32,000 nt of DNA from Saccharolobus solfataricus. GTDB taxonomy: Archaea; Thermoproteota; Thermoprotei_A; Sulfolobales; Sulfolobaceae. This document shows positions 27,789-32,000 of this stretch, in pieces. The notes below the pieces were generated by a model. That model made no database searches and had not been told where the DNA came from. It worked only from the letters and a program-made list of their open reading frames with translations. Numbering within the stretch: position 1 is the first letter of the stretch; every line of letters begins with the position of its first letter. Where the stretch lies: NCBI RefSeq assembly GCF_900079115.1, contig NZ_LT549890.1:2910001-2942000 (forward strand), in the 5' to 3' direction. Made by a program: the position numbers and the translations under genes.

Positions 27789-28949
27789 TTTAGGAAGGCC
27801 CAGTATATGATGAGCAATGTAAGCTAGGATTAAGTTTTGCGATATTGGGGCTACCTTATATAATCTGGTCTCTCTAAGTTTTCTCTCTATTCCAGTTTCC
27901 ACAGCATACCCATAACCTCCGTAAACGTCCATTGCGACATTTCCAGCTTCCCAAGCTATCTCAGTAGCTAAGTATTTGGATATATTCGCGTAACTTCCAA
28001 CAGTTTTTGTATCTTTCCCCTTTTCTATTACTCTTAAACCTTCATTAAAATAAGATGAGAGGGATACCAACTTAGCATATACCTCAGCTATTGGAAACTG
28101 AACACCTTGAAAACTACCTATTTGTTTGTCGAAGACGACTCTGTTCTTTGCGTATTCAACTGCTTTGTTTATGAACCACTCCGCATTGCCGATCATTTCA
28201 GCTGCTATCATAAACCTTTCCGCATTTAATAGGTCAAGTAAATAGTAGAAACCCTTTCCGACCTCTCCTATAACGTTATCCTCTGGCACTTTGAGACCAT
28301 CTATAAACACTTCATAAGCATTAGTATTTGACATGGTCTTTATTTCCCTCATCTCAATTCCATCCCTTCCCTCTCTTAGATCAACTAAAAACAAGGTTAT
28401 CCCATCTGTCTTCTTTTCAACTTTTTCATAGGGTGTCGTTCTTGCTACTAATATCATAAAGTCAGTGTACTTTAACCTAGAAATGAATATCTTGTGACCC
28501 TTTATGAAGAAACTATTCCCAACTTTTTCAGCAACTGTCTTAATTTTCGTCGTATCCGACCCAACTTGTGGCTCAGTTAAAGCTAATGATAGTACTTTAG
28601 CACCATTTGCAAGATCCTTGAAGTACTTTTCTATTATCCTCTTACCGCTATGTTTTGATAGTAAGGCAGTGTTATAATAATGTCCGTGTACGAAATATGA
28701 ATTACCACCTCTTAGATTTATATTATAGAGGATTAAGGAAGCTAGTCTGACTCCTTTCCCCACTCCACCATATTCTACTGGTATCAGAATTGATCCCAAT
28801 CCTAACTTCATAAAGTCATTGAGGAAGTCTATAGGGAATTCCCTCTTTTGATCCTTATCCAACCAATACCTTTCGTTGTATTTGTCCATTAATTGGTCAA
28901 CTGTTGAGAGGATCAATTTCTCTTCTTCATCTTTTGGTTGCAATAACAT
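27780..28949 (-). CDS. Acyl-CoA dehydrogenase
   Basis: 389 aa. It has ACAD architecture with LTEPQVGSDTT, and a C-terminal YGGYGY...IERKLRETRLY helix region. It converges on the CoA-transferase with a 9-nt overlap. Confidence 0.8.
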   Translation of the reverse strand: MLLQPKDEEEKLILSTVDQLMDKYNERYWLDKDQKREFPIDFLNDFMKLGLGSILIPVEYGGVGKGVRLASLILYNINLRGGNSYFVHGHYYNTALLSKHSGKRIIEKYFKDLANGAKVLSLALTEPQVGSDTTKIKTVAEKVGNSFFIKGHKIFISRLKYTDFMILVARTTPYEKVEKKTDGITLFLVDLREGRDGIEMREIKTMSNTNAYEVFIDGLKVPEDNVIGEVGKGFYYLLDLLNAERFMIAAEMIGNAEWFINKAVEYAKNRVVFDKQIGSFQGVQFPIAEVYAKLVSLSSYFNEGLRVIEKGKDTKTVGSYANISKYLATEIAWEAGNVAMDVYGGYGYAVETGIERKLRETRLYKVAPISQNLILAYIAHHILGLPKSY

Positions 28950-28989
28950 ACAAATAAAAGGTAATTAACTTGTTTATATAGATTTTCCG

Positions 28990-29778
28990 TCAAATTTCAA
29001 CCGGAATTGGTAATCTCCCAACATAACCTCCTATAAAACTCTGTAAGACGACCGAAAACCCAACTAGTACTCCCACGTACGTTAATGGAATTAGGATGAA
29101 GGAGTAAAATAGGGCTGGAATCTGGGCATAGAACTCTTCAGTTTGTAGTGAAATATCTTGTAAGACGAAGTTTTGGTTTTGGAGAGGGGAACTGTTGGAT
29201 ATGAGTATTGGTAAAAGTGGGAGCCCCACATAAAACACTATGGTAAAGGATATTAACATGGCTCCAATTCCCTTACCCATCTGAAATGGCAAAGCCATCA
29301 ATAGTATTCCAATTGCGATTAATACCATATAAGACGATTGGATGAAAATACCTAAATCCATATAGAAGTTTAATAGAATTAATATATCTGTTAGGAATGA
29401 AATGTATTGTAAAAGTGGTGTTACCAAGGAGTAGAACTGGCTAGGTACCTTAAAATAGTAGAGTATTAGCGCTATAATGCCGTATAGGAATTTCCCCATA
29501 TTGATGGCCACACCGGTTTGGATTTGAAGTAGACCTATATCTAAGTAAAAGGTACTCCAATTCGCTCCTACTATGTTTTGTAATTGTGACAATATAGAAA
29601 GAATGAGGCCAAAGATGTTGGCTAATACTGCTACGTAGATTGAGTTAACTATCATTTTATGACCCATTTCTTTGAATCCTCTTACTGGTATTGGAGAGCC
29701 GTAAAGTAGTGCACCTATAGTGTAAGAGAGGGAGTCTATTATAATCGCTAAATACAGTATTTCAAATGGTGAGTACAC
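28990..29778 (-). CDS. Polytopic integral membrane protein of unknown function (262 aa), GTG start
   Basis: It has about 7 hydrophobic segments. I recognise no family motif. The start is GTG at 29778. Confidence 0.55.
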   Translation of the reverse strand: MYSPFEILYLAIIIDSLSYTIGALLYGSPIPVRGFKEMGHKMIVNSIYVAVLANIFGLILSILSQLQNIVGANWSTFYLDIGLLQIQTGVAINMGKFLYGIIALILYYFKVPSQFYSLVTPLLQYISFLTDILILLNFYMDLGIFIQSSYMVLIAIGILLMALPFQMGKGIGAMLISFTIVFYVGLPLLPILISNSSPLQNQNFVLQDISLQTEEFYAQIPALFYSFILIPLTYVGVLVGFSVVLQSFIGGYVGRLPIPVEI

Positions 29779-29842
29779 GGGAATTTTTAATAGACTATAT
29801 TGTCTGAGGGAAGACCGATATTATTTTTTAGCTAAATGTTAA

Positions 29843-31096
29843 ATGTTAAACGAGATGAGCTCACTATCAAGCAGGGAAATTAAGTTAATATTCCTAAATT
29901 TCATGAGTTATACATTTCTAGTATATAATTATTCGATATTGTTAGTATTTAACTCACCATATATCTCTCAAACGTTATTTAAAGGTTCGTACGTACTCTC
30001 ACTATTAGGGGTTTATGGCTTACTATTAATAGACGTAGTTATGAGAGTGCCTGGGGCTTACGTATTGGGACCAATAAGCGATAGGTATGGTAGGAAGCTA
30101 GTTACCAGAATATCCAGTTTAGGCTCAGCTTTGCCTTTAGTTGCAGTAGCCCTAATACCAGATCCCTCTCCCTTGTTATTAATAATACTATATGTGATAC
30201 AAGGTTTCTTTACGGGAGGATTATCAGCTGGGATAACTGTAGTAGGTGTCGAGGATTTGCCGGAAAGACATAGGGGTTGGTTTGGAGGATCTGGATTTGC
30301 TGTTGGTGGTTCAGCGTACCTTCTAGCGTCAATAGTGTTTTTCATAATAATTACCGTAATAGGTAGTTATAACTATATTGAAATAGGATGGAGAATAATG
30401 TTCTTGACCTCTCTTCTTATCTTGCCCTTTGGGTTCTTAATGCCTGAGTCCTTAAGGTTTAGGAGAAATAAGGAGAGGGTAAAATCACCTGCTAAGCTGT
30501 TAATTTCGTCATACAAGAGACAATTTATATTGTCATCAACGTTAACGGCTCTTTGGGCTTCGATGAATGCGTTAGTTAACGTCATGTTACCTAATTTTCT
30601 TTACGCCGTTAATCACTTATCAAAAGTTGAAATAGGATACATGTCCTTGATATACAGTGTAATAGCTATCATTTCGGCATTTATGGGAGGTGAATTGAGT
30701 GAAAAAATTGGCAGAAAGAAGGTATCAATGATAGGTGGAATTTTTGGAATTTTGCTCTCACCAGTTTTCATACTAATGTCCCTATCTTCAAGGTCGTTAA
30801 TTCCCATTTTTGTTTCAATTCTGGGCTTCGTATCTGTATTTGGAGGTGGTGGGATAATGAGCTACGTAAATGAGAATTTCCCAACCAAAATTAGAAGCAC
30901 TGGGGTATCCTTAAGCTGGAATATAGGGTTCTTAGTTGGAAATTTCGTCCCATTACTTCTCATAACTGTCCTTTACCTTACTTCAATAACATTATTCCCA
31001 CTCGTGGAAATGGTAACTATGATCATTCTTGGCGCATTAATAATTTCGGTAAGCGTTATCTCGCATGAGACAAAGGGCAATATAGAGAAGGAGTAG
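29843..31096 (+). CDS. MFS transporter (MHS-like)
   Basis: 417 aa with GPISDRYGRK, an IQGFFTGGLSAG...LPERHRGW motif region, and a second-half GELSEKIGRKK loop. Confidence 0.75.
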   Translation: MLNEMSSLSSREIKLIFLNFMSYTFLVYNYSILLVFNSPYISQTLFKGSYVLSLLGVYGLLLIDVVMRVPGAYVLGPISDRYGRKLVTRISSLGSALPLVAVALIPDPSPLLLIILYVIQGFFTGGLSAGITVVGVEDLPERHRGWFGGSGFAVGGSAYLLASIVFFIIITVIGSYNYIEIGWRIMFLTSLLILPFGFLMPESLRFRRNKERVKSPAKLLISSYKRQFILSSTLTALWASMNALVNVMLPNFLYAVNHLSKVEIGYMSLIYSVIAIISAFMGGELSEKIGRKKVSMIGGIFGILLSPVFILMSLSSRSLIPIFVSILGFVSVFGGGGIMSYVNENFPTKIRSTGVSLSWNIGFLVGNFVPLLLITVLYLTSITLFPLVEMVTMIILGALIISVSVISHETKGNIEKE

Positions 31097-31257
31097 TTTC
31101 TTCCAATCCTCCCTAAATTACACCTCAATTCAATTCCTATAATGATGTCTAACAGCAGCGAACTACCCTCACCGGCAGACCCAAAATGACCCCCTTGAAA
31201 ATAAATCTGTAAGATTATTAAGCGTTTCCTTTGTTTTAATGGAATTATCCTCCGGTA

Positions 31258-32000
31258 TTAATGTAATAAAAGGATGAGTAAAAGTCTTCCCTCTTCACAT
31301 CCTTGAATGTGGTGAAGAGGCACCACATGCTTCGCCTCTAACAAAGTGGACTGTGGCAGTAACGTGATTTTCTGCCACCGTGGAAGGAAGTAGAGAGCTA
31401 TCATGAAGATCAGCTTACGGAACGCGAACTTGGTTGAGCTTATGAACGGGAGAAACGACTTGATATTCCTATAGGAAGTCTCTATTGGGTTCACCTTGCT
31501 GTAAAGCCTAAACACCACATCCTTGGGTAGATCTAGGTTCGTGGCCCTAGCGAAGTACTCAATTCTTCCTCCTAATCCCTACCTTGAACAATTAACTTGA
31601 ACTTCACCTGCTCGTCCCTCCTATGTCTCTTGCTATTCTTCGCCTTCATCGAAATCGTCGTAGATTTTCAAGGTACCTACTGGGACTGCAACTTGAAATG
31701 GGAGATGAAGTTCAACACGTCTAATGAGTAGAATCCTGCGTCAAGTGTTATCACGTTTACTTTTAGACCCATTGGTGAGATCTGTTCAATAAGTAGCTTG
31801 ACTATGTCGTCTTTTGTTATCCCTTTTTCTTGTTAGATGAATGCTAGTATTTTCCCGTTGTGTTTTGTCGTTGCAGTTGCGTAGTTCCATGAGTATCCAT
31901 CTTCTGAGCTACCTAACCTCTCTACCGGTCTGCCACCTTATCGTGGTCCAATCTATTGATATGTTTACTTTCCTCACTGCTTTTAGCATTTCAAGGGATA
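31258..32000 (-). pseudogene. Decayed DDE transposase (IS remnant), continues beyond the window
   Basis: The minus-strand translation gives recognisable transposase segments in different frames, broken by stops. One segment is ...GYSWNYATATTKHNGKILAFI*QEKGITKDDIVKLLIEQISPMGLKVNVITLDAGFYSLDVLNF.... Further on, in another frame, comes ...IEYFARATNLDLPKDVVFRLYSKVNPIETSYRNIKSFLPF.... GC is about 48% on a sampled line. Confidence 0.75.

Noticed and set aside
31258-31518. Track ORF 31258..31518 (86 aa) as an intact gene
   Set aside because: It is just the longest open piece of the decayed transposase. The upstream transposase segments are in other frames and interrupted by stops.

Overview
The window looks like a Sulfolobales chromosome of the Saccharolobus/Sulfolobus solfataricus-islandicus type. 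It is AT-rich and tightly packed, and most genes appear leaderless, with a TATA box about 25-30 nt upstream of the start codon. The left third holds the oxidative D-arabinose pathway genes: a partial 2,5-dioxopentanoate dehydrogenase, kdaD and araD. A perfect ARA box (AACATGTT) sits midway between the divergent dehydrogenase/kdaD pair. Interleaved with these are MFS permeases, a helical-repeat hypothetical protein, a SAMHD1-like HD phosphohydrolase, the GH36 alpha-galactosidase galS and a vapBC pair. The middle holds a DHA2-type MFS permease, a LutA/LutB-like Fe-S pair, an MBL-fold hydrolase, a small Cys-motif protein and a 1448-bp GC-rich IS with perfect 25-bp terminal inverted repeats. The right third starts with a MaoC-like dehydratase, followed by the most interesting block (19612-25192). 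This block has five genes: a tightly coupled four-gene operon plus one divergent gene. All five encode proteins with type IV pilin-like hydrophobic N-termini that are rich in N-glycosylation sequons. No assembly ATPase, platform protein or prepilin peptidase is present in the window. The divergent gene seems to fuse the pilin-like module to a LamG/ConA-like lectin domain. After the block come a sugar-porter MFS, a family III CoA-transferase, an acyl-CoA dehydrogenase, an uncharacterised polytopic membrane protein, another MFS and a decayed DDE transposase that runs off the window. I found no rRNA, tRNA or CRISPR array. All functional calls rest on motif recognition and recalled family knowledge, not on database searches.
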